Positions 7,682 through 18,775 of a stretch of 64,000 nucleotides of DNA are shown here, piece after piece. Numbering within the stretch: position 1 is the first letter of the stretch; each line of letters begins with the position of its first letter. Under the pieces are notes generated by a model. That model saw nothing but the letters and a program-made list of their open reading frames with translations, made no database searches and was not told the origin of the DNA. A program made the translations under genes and the position numbers. Source of the DNA: Chthoniobacterales bacterium (GTDB lineage Bacteria > Verrucomicrobiota > Verrucomicrobiia > Chthoniobacterales > SZAS-18); contig JBBRQH010000020.1 of NCBI GenBank assembly GCA_038226705.1, forward strand, positions 4,293 to 68,292. The letters run 5' to 3'.

Positions 7682-7951
7682 GCAAAATGGAAGATGGAAT
7701 GGTAATTGGAAGATCGAGAAATGCAATGCGCGGAGGAGGCTGGTGCATTACTCCAAGACTTCCGGATTGGCGGCTCGTTTCTCCCGAATCTGTGAAAATC
7801 CGTGTTCATCTGCGGCTAGTTTGATTGGGCTGGCCGCGGAGCGATTACGATTACGACCATGAGCGCGTGATTGGCCGGTGATCCCCATCGAGTAACCCTG
7901 TTCATCCTGTCAGGTTTTTCTCCGAGATCCAGAGAACACCGAGTATAGAAA

Positions 7952-7990
7952 AAATGCCGGATAGAGATGTTATATCGCCATCCGGCATTT
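7952..7990 (-). terminator. Intrinsic terminator downstream of the 16S rRNA gene
   Basis: On the minus strand, an 11-bp perfect stem AAATGCCGGAT/ATCCGGCATTT with a 17-nt loop is followed by TTTCTAT. This gives a U-run of six when the stem-terminal Ts are counted. Confidence 0.5.
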
Positions 7991-8168
7991 ATCGATGTCT
8001 GCAGCAAAGACTGAATTGTGCGCTACCGTTTCGAGTTTCTCTAAGCCCTGGTTTCTTTCGATTCCAAGGTCTTCACGGCATGTCTGAAATCCCGAAAGAC
8101 TTCAGGGTTAGCCGTCGACCTATTCAAACCACTCTCTGGGGAGCGAACTCCCTGGAGGTGATTGAATA

Positions 8169-9714
<1,546 letters not shown>

Positions 9715-9853
9715 AATTTGAAGCTCTATGCTTCATTAAAAAACTGACAATTACTGACTAAATTGACGGACGAATCCGTTGGGTTATTTCTCGATGACCT
9801 CGTCGCACCAGGACGTTTCCGCTACTTGGTGCCCCGCGGCTTGCGGGACCGAG

Positions 9854-9882
9854 AGTGTACGCAGAATCTCCAGACCGTCAAA
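9854..9882 (-). promoter_or_regulatory. Candidate sigma70-type promoter for the 16S gene
   Basis: The minus strand reads TTGACG-16 nt-TACACT, preceded by an AT-rich stretch (GATATTTTT). It lies about 140 nt upstream of the mature 16S 5' end. Confidence 0.3.
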
Positions 9883-10161
9883 AAATATCTCGTTGGCGAT
9901 GCGCTGGTTACGCTGTAAGTAATTGCGTACCAGTGGGATGGCGGTGTGAAAAATTTGACGTTTTTGCGGCGCGGCTGCGTGAATTGCTCGTTATTTCGCC
10001 ACGATTTGAGGGATATTTTGGCTCTTTTTTTGACAAACCGGGGCTTTTCCACCCGTCACAGCGGCCGAATCCCGGTCCTCCCGGGCGCTTTCGCCGGCAT
10101 CCGGTCTTTCCGGGTTGAATTTCGAGCGGTTGCCGCCATACGGATTGCGAAGGCATAGCTT

Positions 10162-11724
10162 ATGAATCCATCGGAATTACTTCTCACCATCGGTAAAACC
10201 TCGGCGGGTACGCCCGTTGAACTCCGCGTGGGCATGGCAAATCGGCACGGACTGATTGCGGGCGCAACCGGGACGGGCAAATCGGTCACGCTCCAGACCC
10301 TGGCCCAAGGCTTCTCGAACTTGGGCGTGCCGGTCTTCACCGCGGACGTCAAAGGCGATCTGGCAGGTCTATCGCAGTCCGGCGACCCCGCCAACGAGCG
10401 GGTAAAGGCGCGATTTGCCGAACTCGGCATGGCCGATTCCTTCGAGCCCGCGGCCTGCCCTACGACTTTCTATGACCTATACGGGAAACGGGGGCATCCC
10501 ATCCGCACGACCATTTCGGAGATGGGGCCGCTGATGCTCGGCCGCCTGCTCGATCTGCCGGACATCCAGCAGGGTGTTCTGGAACTCGTCTTTCGCGTGG
10601 CTGATGACCACGGGCTCTTGCTGCTCGACATGAAGGACTTGCGTTCGCTGATGACGGCGGTTGCGGAGAACGCTGCCGCGCTGACCACAACTTACGGCAA
10701 CGTCTCAAAAACCACCGTCGGTGCGATCCAGCGCAAGCTCGCCTCACTTCAAGATGCCGGGGGCGACGTGTTTTTCGGAGAGCCGGCCGTCGCCATCCCG
10801 GATTTCCTTCGCGTTGATGACAAAGGACGCGGGATTGTCAGCGTTCTGGATGCCACCAAGTTGCTGGGCGACGCGCGCTTGTATTCCACCTTCCTGCTGT
10901 GGCTGCTGTCCGAGCTGTTCTCCACCCTGGAAGAAGTGGGCGACCTGAAAAAGCCACGACTCGTCTTCTTTTTCGATGAAGCGCATCTCCTGTTCAAGGA
11001 TGCACCCAAGAGCCTTGTCGACAAAATCGAGCAGGTCGTGCGTCTCATCCGCTCCAAGGGCGTCGGCGTGTATTTTGTCACGCAGAGTCCGCTCGATATC
11101 CCCGAAACGGTGTTGGGCCAGTTGGGCCACCGGGTGCAACACGCTTTGCGAGCGTTCACTCCGCGCGACCAAGCTGCGGTGCGCACAGCGGCGCAAACGT
11201 TTCGGCAAAATCCGGCTTTGAAGACCGACGAGGTCATCATGGAACTGGCAGTCGGCGAAGCGCTCGTCTCGATCTTGGATTCGCAGGGACGGCCCACTCA
11301 GGTGGAACGCACGCTCTGCGTTCCCCCGTGCTCGCGGATCGGGGCGATCACCGATGCGGAGAGAACCAAATGTGTCGAATCCTCCCCGCTTTACGGCAAG
11401 TACGAGGATGCCGTCGACCGCGAGTCCGCTTACGAGGTGCTGCAGAAGCGCCAGGGGCAGCTCGAGCTAAATCCACCGGGTTCGAAAGGTGCGGCCCCCG
11501 CCTCGGAAGCGACCCCTGCTCCGGGAACCCCCGCGCAGCCGGAGGGGCCGGGCATGATGGAAAAGATGGGCAGCGTCCTGTCCGGAATTTTTGGCGGAGG
11601 CGGCGGTAGGCGTCAATCGGCCAGCGAAGCTTTTGCGAAGTCGGTGGCACGTTCGATGGGATCGAAGGTTGGCAACGAGATCGTGCGCGGTGTTCTTGGC
11701 GGCATTTTCGGCAAGCGCCGCTAA
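10162..11724 (+). CDS. HerA-like/DUF853 (YjgR-type) P-loop ATPase
   Basis: Walker A GATGTGKS near the N-terminus, Walker B-like LVFFFDEAHLLF, and the overall ~500-aa DUF853 layout. Confidence 0.8.
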   Translation: MNPSELLLTIGKTSAGTPVELRVGMANRHGLIAGATGTGKSVTLQTLAQGFSNLGVPVFTADVKGDLAGLSQSGDPANERVKARFAELGMADSFEPAACPTTFYDLYGKRGHPIRTTISEMGPLMLGRLLDLPDIQQGVLELVFRVADDHGLLLLDMKDLRSLMTAVAENAAALTTTYGNVSKTTVGAIQRKLASLQDAGGDVFFGEPAVAIPDFLRVDDKGRGIVSVLDATKLLGDARLYSTFLLWLLSELFSTLEEVGDLKKPRLVFFFDEAHLLFKDAPKSLVDKIEQVVRLIRSKGVGVYFVTQSPLDIPETVLGQLGHRVQHALRAFTPRDQAAVRTAAQTFRQNPALKTDEVIMELAVGEALVSILDSQGRPTQVERTLCVPPCSRIGAITDAERTKCVESSPLYGKYEDAVDRESAYEVLQKRQGQLELNPPGSKGAAPASEATPAPGTPAQPEGPGMMEKMGSVLSGIFGGGGGRRQSASEAFAKSVARSMGSKVGNEIVRGVLGGIFGKRR

Positions 11725-11735
11725 GATCTTCCGCC

Positions 11736-13001
11736 ATGTCGTCCAACGTCTCCCGCGATGCGCAACGCGCTTTGTGGCTGTTGCTGGCGGTGAATCTTTT
11801 CAACTACCTCGACCGCTACATTCTCGCCGCGGTCGAACTTGAGATTCGCTACACGTTCTTCGCGCCGGACGACCTCAATGCCAAAGCCGCCACGGGCTCA
11901 CTCGCGCTCTGGTTTCTGGGCAGCTACATGATTGCCGCGCCGCTTTGCGGTTGGCTGGCGAACAAGATTTCCCGCTGGTGGCTGATCGGGGCCGCCGTGG
12001 GCGTTTGGAGTCTCGCCAGCGGGGCAAGCGGACTGGCCACGACCTTCGTATTTCTGCTGGTCGCGCGCATATTCGTAGGCATCGGTGAGGGCGGCTACGG
12101 CCCCATCGCGCCCACGCTCATCTCGGATTATTTCCCTGTAGAGGTTCGAGGTCGTAAAATGTCGCTTTTTTACATGGCGATCCCGGTGGGGAGCGCCCTC
12201 GGCTATGCATTCGGCGGTTTCATGTCTTCGAGTTTCGGCTGGCGGGTGCCATTTTATGCGGTGGTCCTGCCCGGGATTTTTCTGGCGTGGCTTTGCACGA
12301 GAGAACGCGATCCCCGCGGCGCCCCCGGCCAGATGGCGGCAAATCCGGGTTTCGCGGCGTATCCAGCGCTCCTGCGCATTCGCTCGTACGTCATGAATAC
12401 GACCGCCATGACGGCGATGACGTTCGCGGTCGGCGGCATTTCGTTTTGGATTCCAAGTTACCTCAAGGAGAGCCGTGGGATCGCTGAGCCCAACACCATG
12501 TTTGGCGGCATCACCGTGGTGGCGGGCTTCCTCGCGACGTTTGCAGGCGGTTGGCTCGGCGATCGCCTCCGCGGCCGGGTGCGCGGCTCATATTTCCTCG
12601 TGTCCGGCTGCGCCATGCTGCTCGCCGTGCCTTTCGTGGTCGCCATGCTCTACGTGCCCTTTCCGGCCGCTTGGGGATTCATTTTCTTCGCCGTTTTCTT
12701 CCTGTTTTTTAACACGGGCCCATCCAATACCGCCCTCGCCAATGTGACCTCTCCAGCGCAGCGCACGGCGGCATTTGCGCTGAATATTCTGTGCATTCAC
12801 CTGCTTGGCGATGCGGTTTCTCCGCTGGTCTTGGGATATATCGCGGGTCACGCGAACTACAATGCCGCGTTCCTCCTCGTGGCCGCCATGATGACCGTCG
12901 GCGCCATCATCTGGATTATCTCCGCGCGCTGGCTCGATGAGGACACGGCGTGCGCAGAACGAATTGGAAGCGCCCCCGGCGAGGTGCAGGTCGGCCGCTG
13001 A
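11736..13001 (+). CDS. MFS transporter (Spinster-like)
   Basis: About 12 predicted TM segments. MFS signature-like GWLANKISRWW / ARIFVGIGEGGYGP. Confidence 0.8.
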   Translation: MSSNVSRDAQRALWLLLAVNLFNYLDRYILAAVELEIRYTFFAPDDLNAKAATGSLALWFLGSYMIAAPLCGWLANKISRWWLIGAAVGVWSLASGASGLATTFVFLLVARIFVGIGEGGYGPIAPTLISDYFPVEVRGRKMSLFYMAIPVGSALGYAFGGFMSSSFGWRVPFYAVVLPGIFLAWLCTRERDPRGAPGQMAANPGFAAYPALLRIRSYVMNTTAMTAMTFAVGGISFWIPSYLKESRGIAEPNTMFGGITVVAGFLATFAGGWLGDRLRGRVRGSYFLVSGCAMLLAVPFVVAMLYVPFPAAWGFIFFAVFFLFFNTGPSNTALANVTSPAQRTAAFALNILCIHLLGDAVSPLVLGYIAGHANYNAAFLLVAAMMTVGAIIWIISARWLDEDTACAERIGSAPGEVQVGR

Positions 13002-13095
13002 AACTCTGCGGCGCGGCCGCCTTTCCCACCAATCCAGCGGCACACGACACCGGCGGAAAACCCCGCCGAAATTACCCTCATCAGGGAGCGAGAGT

Positions 13096-14859
13096 TCAGG
13101 GAATAATCGTGACGCGCACCCGAAGAAACCGCGCTGGCGCCCCCGCGCTCTCTGTCACTTGAATAGTGGCGCCGTTGTCCACGGCGGAGACCTGGGTGGT
13201 GTTTGCCGCTCCGGCGCCTCCGCGTACGAGGACGCCGCCCGCAGTGACGGAATATTGCGCCCCGGACTGCCAGCCTTGCAGATCAGCGCTGGTCTCCACG
13301 TCGATCTGCAGGTCGGGTGCAGTCTTGGAGACTTGGAAGATGATCGCCGCTGCGCCAGTTGCGCTGCTCGGTTCGGGCAGCGCGGAGACTGGCGATGGTG
13401 CCACCGGATCCAGCGCGAACGCATATTCGAGCAGATTGGGAATCCCGTCGGCATCGGGATCGGCGGTCGGACCCGAGATGCCCACATTTGCCGCATCCGC
13501 CCCAAAATGCGCGACGGTCCAGGCGTCGAGCGGCTCGGGCGCGATGAAAACTTGGGCGCTGCTTGCTGCACCAACGGCATACCCCGAACCCCCGGCGAGG
13601 CTGAGTGTGGCCGTCTTGCTCCCTGGGGTGGGATTCGGATTGTCGACGGGAGTGAGTGTGACGTTCACACTCGCGAAGCCGGCCGGGATGGTCGCACCGG
13701 TCGCACCGCTGCTCAGCGTGAACTCGACGCCATAGCTGGCGCCGGTGGAGGACATGGTCGTAAAGTTCACGGGGAGGGCGGCAGCGAGAGAGCCGCTCGC
13801 GCGTGTAATGGTGTACGTGCCCGAGACCGGGCCAAACTCGGCCGCAGAGGGCTGCGTCGCAGAAACCGTGACCACCGGAATGGCGCTCGCCGCCGCGAGC
13901 CAGGCAGAGGCGTTGAGAAAAAGTCGGGCGTGGTCGCCGTTTACCTCGGTCCAGCCGAAGAACAAAGTGTTGCCGGGTGCCCCCGTGCCGTCGTCGCAGG
14001 GGGAGCTGTCGCCCACGATCACGAAGCGACCGCTCCCAAACGACCCGTAGGCGCACATTACTTTGTTGTCGACCGGAGCGGCCGTGGACCAAATAACGCC
14101 GCGCACGCTGGGGTTGACCGCCGGATGGATCGTGATCGTCGCCCCCGCGGAATACTTCATTTGTGAAACTGTGCCTTCCGGCCCGCGGGTGAGCGGATTG
14201 CCCGGCGTTGCGTCTACATCGGAAGTGGTGACTGAAATGCTGTCGAGATTCACGGCCAGGCCGAACGGATCGGCCTGCACGCCGTTCGTCGTGAAGAGGT
14301 CGTTCCAAATCTTGGGTGAATCCGCCCCGTCGTTGTTCCGGTCGGATCCATTGTGATCAGAAACCATGAAAAGCGCGCCCCCCGCTTGCACCCAGGACAC
14401 GATGGCAGTCTTTTCGGCAGTCGTGAAAAGGATGTTCGGTTCGCAGACGACGAACACGTCGTAGTTCGCGAGATCCTGCGGATTTGTGCTGACGCCGAAA
14501 GTCAGTGCCGTGCCAACGGGTAGGGACTCCACGCTGTGGCCGCGCTGGACGAGGGCGACGCCCCAAGACGAGAGTGCGCCCACCCAGTAGGTCTCCGGCG
14601 TGCTCGCGGTAATTCCGGACGCGGGCGGGGAAGGGAAGCGAGAAATCACGCCGTTCACTTCGGAAATTACCCAATCTGCATTACCGGCGGTCTCGGCCTT
14701 GGTGTTATCGAACAAAAAGCGCGCCCCGCGCACGGAGCTGGTGACGACGAAAAACCAGCCCAGCAGGAAGACGATCAATCGGAGTTGCACTGCGCGCATT
14801 AGCACGGACCGCGCCTGCCCGACAGGTCCCGAATGCGAACCCCCTGGAACACCAGCCAA
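13096..14859 (-). CDS. Secreted protein with a conserved C-terminal DxDxDG-LLEY / ETSxDLQxW module
   Basis: N-terminal signal/TM segment RLIVFLLGWFFVVTSSV. The C-terminal ~135 aa are homologous to the C-terminus of the nuclease at 25135..28521. Confidence 0.75.
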   Translation of the reverse strand: MAGVPGGSHSGPVGQARSVLMRAVQLRLIVFLLGWFFVVTSSVRGARFLFDNTKAETAGNADWVISEVNGVISRFPSPPASGITASTPETYWVGALSSWGVALVQRGHSVESLPVGTALTFGVSTNPQDLANYDVFVVCEPNILFTTAEKTAIVSWVQAGGALFMVSDHNGSDRNNDGADSPKIWNDLFTTNGVQADPFGLAVNLDSISVTTSDVDATPGNPLTRGPEGTVSQMKYSAGATITIHPAVNPSVRGVIWSTAAPVDNKVMCAYGSFGSGRFVIVGDSSPCDDGTGAPGNTLFFGWTEVNGDHARLFLNASAWLAAASAIPVVTVSATQPSAAEFGPVSGTYTITRASGSLAAALPVNFTTMSSTGASYGVEFTLSSGATGATIPAGFASVNVTLTPVDNPNPTPGSKTATLSLAGGSGYAVGAASSAQVFIAPEPLDAWTVAHFGADAANVGISGPTADPDADGIPNLLEYAFALDPVAPSPVSALPEPSSATGAAAIIFQVSKTAPDLQIDVETSADLQGWQSGAQYSVTAGGVLVRGGAGAANTTQVSAVDNGATIQVTESAGAPARFLRVRVTIIP

Positions 14860-14860
14860 C

Positions 14861-15376
14861 CTAAGGCCTGCGCATCGCTTCCAACTCCTCGGATTTGATC
14901 ACGCGAAAGGCGTATTTGTAACCGCTGTAAATAGCGATCCCGGAGAAGAGCACGTCCATCGGCTTGAAGCCCGCTTTTATGACGTTGACGATCCCCGCGG
15001 GCGGAAGGTTCGCGAGCAAGGTTCCGACGCCGACGTGGCGCGCGCGAGAGATGAACTCGAGATAGGAAAAAAAGTTCCCAAATAGACATCCCAGGAGGGA
15101 AAGCGCACCACCCATCAAACCGAAGATCGGATCCACGCCGTTGCCGTAGCGGCGAATCGCCAGGCCCGTCAGAAGGCCAACCCCCACGGCCATGAATCCG
15201 ATTTGAAACTTCGTGATGACTGTCACAAGTATCCAGGCCGCCGCGCCGATCAGCGCCGCGCCGGCACCGGCCGCCAAGCCGCGGAGGAAGTTTTGCTCGC
15301 GATGCACGCGCGCGTCGAATTCCGCCAATTTGTCCGGGTCCAAATCATGCGGGCTAAGTGTGTCGGCTTCGGGCAT
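14861..15376 (-). CDS. Integral membrane hypothetical protein (171 aa)
   Basis: Four glycine-rich hydrophobic segments. The stop abuts the downstream gene. Confidence 0.6.
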   Translation of the reverse strand: MPEADTLSPHDLDPDKLAEFDARVHREQNFLRGLAAGAGAALIGAAAWILVTVITKFQIGFMAVGVGLLTGLAIRRYGNGVDPIFGLMGGALSLLGCLFGNFFSYLEFISRARHVGVGTLLANLPPAGIVNVIKAGFKPMDVLFSGIAIYSGYKYAFRVIKSEELEAMRRP

Positions 15377-15470
15377 TCGCGGAGGCTATACCGGGCCCTT
15401 CCGCGCCGGTCTAGCCGGAACGAATGAGTCAGGCACGGGCGTCCCGCGAGAAGTTCGCTATCGTCGCGCC

Positions 15471-16427
15471 ATGAGTCCTGTCCGGTTGCTGTTTCCTTTT
15501 ATCCTTTTCTCCACATGCTTCTTCTCCCCGCTGCCAGCGGGCGACGCCGCATTTTCCGCCAACGGCGAGCGCGTCTACTGCCTTGAGAATGGTTCCGCCC
15601 ACGTCGAGGAGATTGTCCTCGCCAGCGGCAAGCGAACCATGCACGACCTTTCCGCCGGGGTGCCGAAGGATGCCGTCATCCGCGCGATCGTGCGGGGCGG
15701 CGATGGCGGCTTGCGGCTCGCGATCGGTGCCGAGCTGCGCCGCTGGGATCCGCCCGTGACCCAACTGGAGACCTTTTGCCGGACACCGGACGGCTCCGAA
15801 ATCGAAGAGGTCGCCCTCGAACCGAACTCGAATGCGCTGCTGCTCGTGAGCCGCAAAAGTACCTGGCTCAAGCTGCCGCGGCGCGAAGCGCTCGTGCCCG
15901 TGTTCGAGCGTCGGCAGCGGGTGGGCGACGCGCCGTTTTTCACCGAAAGTGGCGAACTTTTCTTCTGCGCGGATGGTGATGTCTGGCGGGGCTCGATCGA
16001 AGTGCATGACACCGAGGGCGCCCCGGGGGGCACGATTCGAGGGGTGCTCACCGCCGCGCGTCTGGCCCCGCTGGCCGCGAGCGAGACAGATGAAGGCACT
16101 CCCTCCGGGGAAGGCGCCCGGGAAGTCGTCGTCGCCGGCGAGCGAATGCTGGTCCACGTCAGCCGCATGGGCGGGTCCGGGTGGGGAGATCTGGTCCGCC
16201 TCGCCCGGCCGGAGCGGGTTGGGGCGGTCGATCAGTCGAGCGTGCGCAATACCTGGGAGCTGTTCCGCAAGATGCTCGTCCCGCTGGACACCTGGGAGGC
16301 CAACAATGGGATTACTTTCCTTTGTGTCGCGCCGGATCAGCACACCGTCTTCTTCCGCACCGACGAGGGTTCCTGGATTTGGAACAAAGATGCATCCAAG
16401 CCGGAGAAGCTTTCACTCAAGGACTGA
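15471..16427 (+). CDS. Secreted hypothetical protein
   Basis: An internal ATG of the 15213 ORF gives MSPVRLLFPFILFSTCFFSPLPAGDAA, a signal peptide. The upstream part of that ORF overlaps the antisense gene. Confidence 0.6.
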   Translation: MSPVRLLFPFILFSTCFFSPLPAGDAAFSANGERVYCLENGSAHVEEIVLASGKRTMHDLSAGVPKDAVIRAIVRGGDGGLRLAIGAELRRWDPPVTQLETFCRTPDGSEIEEVALEPNSNALLLVSRKSTWLKLPRREALVPVFERRQRVGDAPFFTESGELFFCADGDVWRGSIEVHDTEGAPGGTIRGVLTAARLAPLAASETDEGTPSGEGAREVVVAGERMLVHVSRMGGSGWGDLVRLARPERVGAVDQSSVRNTWELFRKMLVPLDTWEANNGITFLCVAPDQHTVFFRTDEGSWIWNKDASKPEKLSLKD

Positions 16428-17253
16428 CGGCAACACGGGTCACGCATGTCCAAAGGGACTCGCCGAAATGTGCCCGCGTGCGCGCCGCGAGAGGTTCGCC
16501 TTCGGTCGCGTCGCGCAAGACCGCAAACATCGTGGACCCGGAGCCCGACAGCAAAGCGCCTTCCACCTCCGGTTGTGCCCGCAACCAGGTCTTCAGTGCG
16601 GCCAGGAAGACATACTTTTCGAAGACAGGCCTCTCCAAATCGTTTTGCAACGTGCCCCAGGAGAGCTCCTGCGGCGTGTAGTCGATGCCCGGCAACTCCC
16701 GCGACTTGGCCCAGTCTTTGTAAGCAGCCGGAGTAGGGACCGGGAAGGGTGGCTTTACGAGCAGGACAGGCAGTGCCTGCGGAAAAGCGCACGGTTCTAC
16801 AATCTCGCCCCGGCCCATGCACCAGGCCGGCGCTTCGTAAATAAAGAAGGGAACGTCGGATCCCAACTCCGCTGCCAAGGCCGCGAGGTCATCGCTTCCA
16901 AGACCGGTGGAATGTAAGCCGTTGAGAGCGAGCAAAACCGCGGCAGCATCGCTGCTTCCGCCCCCCAATCCGGCGCCATGCGGGGTGTGCTTTTCCAGGT
17001 GGATTCGAACGCCGCGCGGCCTGTTGGTGCGTTCGGCAAAAACCCTCGCGGCGCGCACCGCGAGATTTGAATCGTCCGCGGGCAGCGACGGATCGGAGCA
17101 CGAGAAAACGAAGTCTTCCGCTGCTTCGAGCGTAACTTCGTCCGCGAGGCCAAGTGGGACCATTAGCGTCTCGAGTTCATGAAAACCGTCGGGGCGCCTG
17201 CCTAGGACTCGCAGCGAAAGGTTGATTTTCGCCGGGGCTGAGCGTTTCATCAT
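16417..17253 (-). CDS. ispE: 4-diphosphocytidyl-2-C-methyl-D-erythritol kinase
   Basis: MMKRSAPAKINLSLRVLGRRPDGFHELETLM... and the GHMP kinase motif PHGAGLGGGSSDAAAVL. The start is taken at the MMKRS methionines. Confidence 0.9.
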   Translation of the reverse strand: MMKRSAPAKINLSLRVLGRRPDGFHELETLMVPLGLADEVTLEAAEDFVFSCSDPSLPADDSNLAVRAARVFAERTNRPRGVRIHLEKHTPHGAGLGGGSSDAAAVLLALNGLHSTGLGSDDLAALAAELGSDVPFFIYEAPAWCMGRGEIVEPCAFPQALPVLLVKPPFPVPTPAAYKDWAKSRELPGIDYTPQELSWGTLQNDLERPVFEKYVFLAALKTWLRAQPEVEGALLSGSGSTMFAVLRDATEGEPLAARTRAHFGESLWTCVTRVAVSP

Positions 17254-17262
17254 TCGGACATT

Positions 17263-17991
17263 GTGAAAGATCCCCAATCGGCGAAAGACCAAATAATTGT
17301 TGCCCTCGATCTCCCTGATGAGGTGCAGGCCGTCGCGATGGCCAGGCGGCTGAAGGGCTCCGTGGGCCTCTTCAAGATTGGACTCGAACTCTTCACGCGC
17401 TGCGGTCCCTCCATCGTGCAAAAGGTGCGGGACGCCTCTGAGGGCACCGGGATCTTCCTCGATCTAAAGTTTCACGATATCCCCAATACCGTCGCGAAGG
17501 CCGTGGGCTCGGCGGTGGCGCTGGGGGTGGACATGCTCACCATTCATCTTTCGGGAGGCGGTGCGATGATGGGAGCCGCCCTCGACGCCATGGGGGAATC
17601 GGGTGCTGTTCTGCTCGGCGTCAGTGTACTCACCAGCCACACGGATGCGACCCTGCGCGAAACCGGCGTCGAATCCGAGACGGTCGAGCAAGTCGCCCGC
17701 CTCGTCGGGCTCGGCTATGCCCGGGGCCTTCGCGGGTTCGTCGCCAGTCCGCACGAGGTAAGAGCGCTTCGGGCCGCGTTCGGAGACGAGGTTCGACTCG
17801 TTGTCCCCGGGGTGCGCCCGTCGTGGGGTGAGGCGCCCGCCGGCGACGACCAGCAAAGGATCATGATGCCCGGCGAAGCCGCCGCGGCCGGCGCGGACTA
17901 TCTGGTGATCGGCCGACCCATCACCCAGCATGAGGATCCTGCGCTCGCCGCGGAGTGGATTGCCTGTGAGATGGCCGGGACCATCCTGTGA
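17263..17991 (+). CDS. pyrF: Orotidine 5'-phosphate decarboxylase
   Basis: IIVALDLP...FKIGLELF...FLDLKFHDIPNTV matches PyrF signatures. GTG start. Confidence 0.9.
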   Translation: MKDPQSAKDQIIVALDLPDEVQAVAMARRLKGSVGLFKIGLELFTRCGPSIVQKVRDASEGTGIFLDLKFHDIPNTVAKAVGSAVALGVDMLTIHLSGGGAMMGAALDAMGESGAVLLGVSVLTSHTDATLRETGVESETVEQVARLVGLGYARGLRGFVASPHEVRALRAAFGDEVRLVVPGVRPSWGEAPAGDDQQRIMMPGEAAAAGADYLVIGRPITQHEDPALAAEWIACEMAGTIL

Positions 17992-18692
17992 GCATTTGTC
18001 CCTGCTTCGCCGAGCTGCGCGTCTGGCAGGATTCAACTCCCCGCACGCCGGCACTCAACATGGGGCTCGACGAGGCCCTGCTCGAAAGAGCCGTGGAAAT
18101 CGGCGCTCCCCTGCTGCGATTTTATGCGTGGGCCGAGCCTTCCGTTTCTTTCGGCTATTTCGACCGCATCGCTTTCGTGCGAGCCACCTTTCTCGAGTGC
18201 GTTCCAGTTCGCCGTTGGACGGGCGGGGGCGCGGTCGAACATGTGGGTGATTTCACTTTCGCGCTGGCCATTCCGCGGGCGCACCCAGTTTGTGCAAGCC
18301 CGGCGCGGGACAGCTATGGCCTGATCCATGCCGCGCTCGCGGCTGCCCTCATTCGCTGCGGCATCACCGCTCGCCTTTCCGGAGCAGAGGCACTTTCGCC
18401 GCCCTCTCGCGACGCGGCGCCATGCTTCGCGCGTCCGGTCTGTGCCGATGTCTTGCAGGCCGACCAAAAGATCGCCGGGGGTGCACAACGCCGCACTCGA
18501 GCTGGCCTTCTGCACCAGGGGAGCGTCCAGCGCGTTCGCCCGGAACTTCCGCGCGCCGCGCTCGCTCGTGAGTTTCCCACCGCATTGGCCTCCGCGGTAA
18601 TCGCGTGGGAGCCATCGAGCGCGTTCCTTGCCACCGGCGAAAGGCTGGCCGCCGAGAGATATGCCCATCCCGCTTGGACCGAACGGTATTGA
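17988..18692 (+). CDS. Biotin/lipoate A/B protein ligase family protein (LplA/LipM-like)
   Basis: RRWTGGGAVEHVGDFTF and KIAGGAQRRTRAGLLHQGSV motifs. ATGA overlap with pyrF. Confidence 0.75.
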   Translation: MSICPCFAELRVWQDSTPRTPALNMGLDEALLERAVEIGAPLLRFYAWAEPSVSFGYFDRIAFVRATFLECVPVRRWTGGGAVEHVGDFTFALAIPRAHPVCASPARDSYGLIHAALAAALIRCGITARLSGAEALSPPSRDAAPCFARPVCADVLQADQKIAGGAQRRTRAGLLHQGSVQRVRPELPRAALAREFPTALASAVIAWEPSSAFLATGERLAAERYAHPAWTERY

Positions 18693-18775
18693 AAATCAGC
18701 CCGGCGTGCGCGGTTTGCGGCGCATTTCCCCCGCCTCCGGCTTGCGGCCCGCCCCTTCGCTCGATAAATGCCGCG

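Noticed and set aside
12937-14166. 409-aa plus-strand ORF and other long ORFs over 13096..14859
   Set aside because: They are Arg/Gly-rich and antisense or out of frame to the signal-peptide-bearing 587-aa gene.
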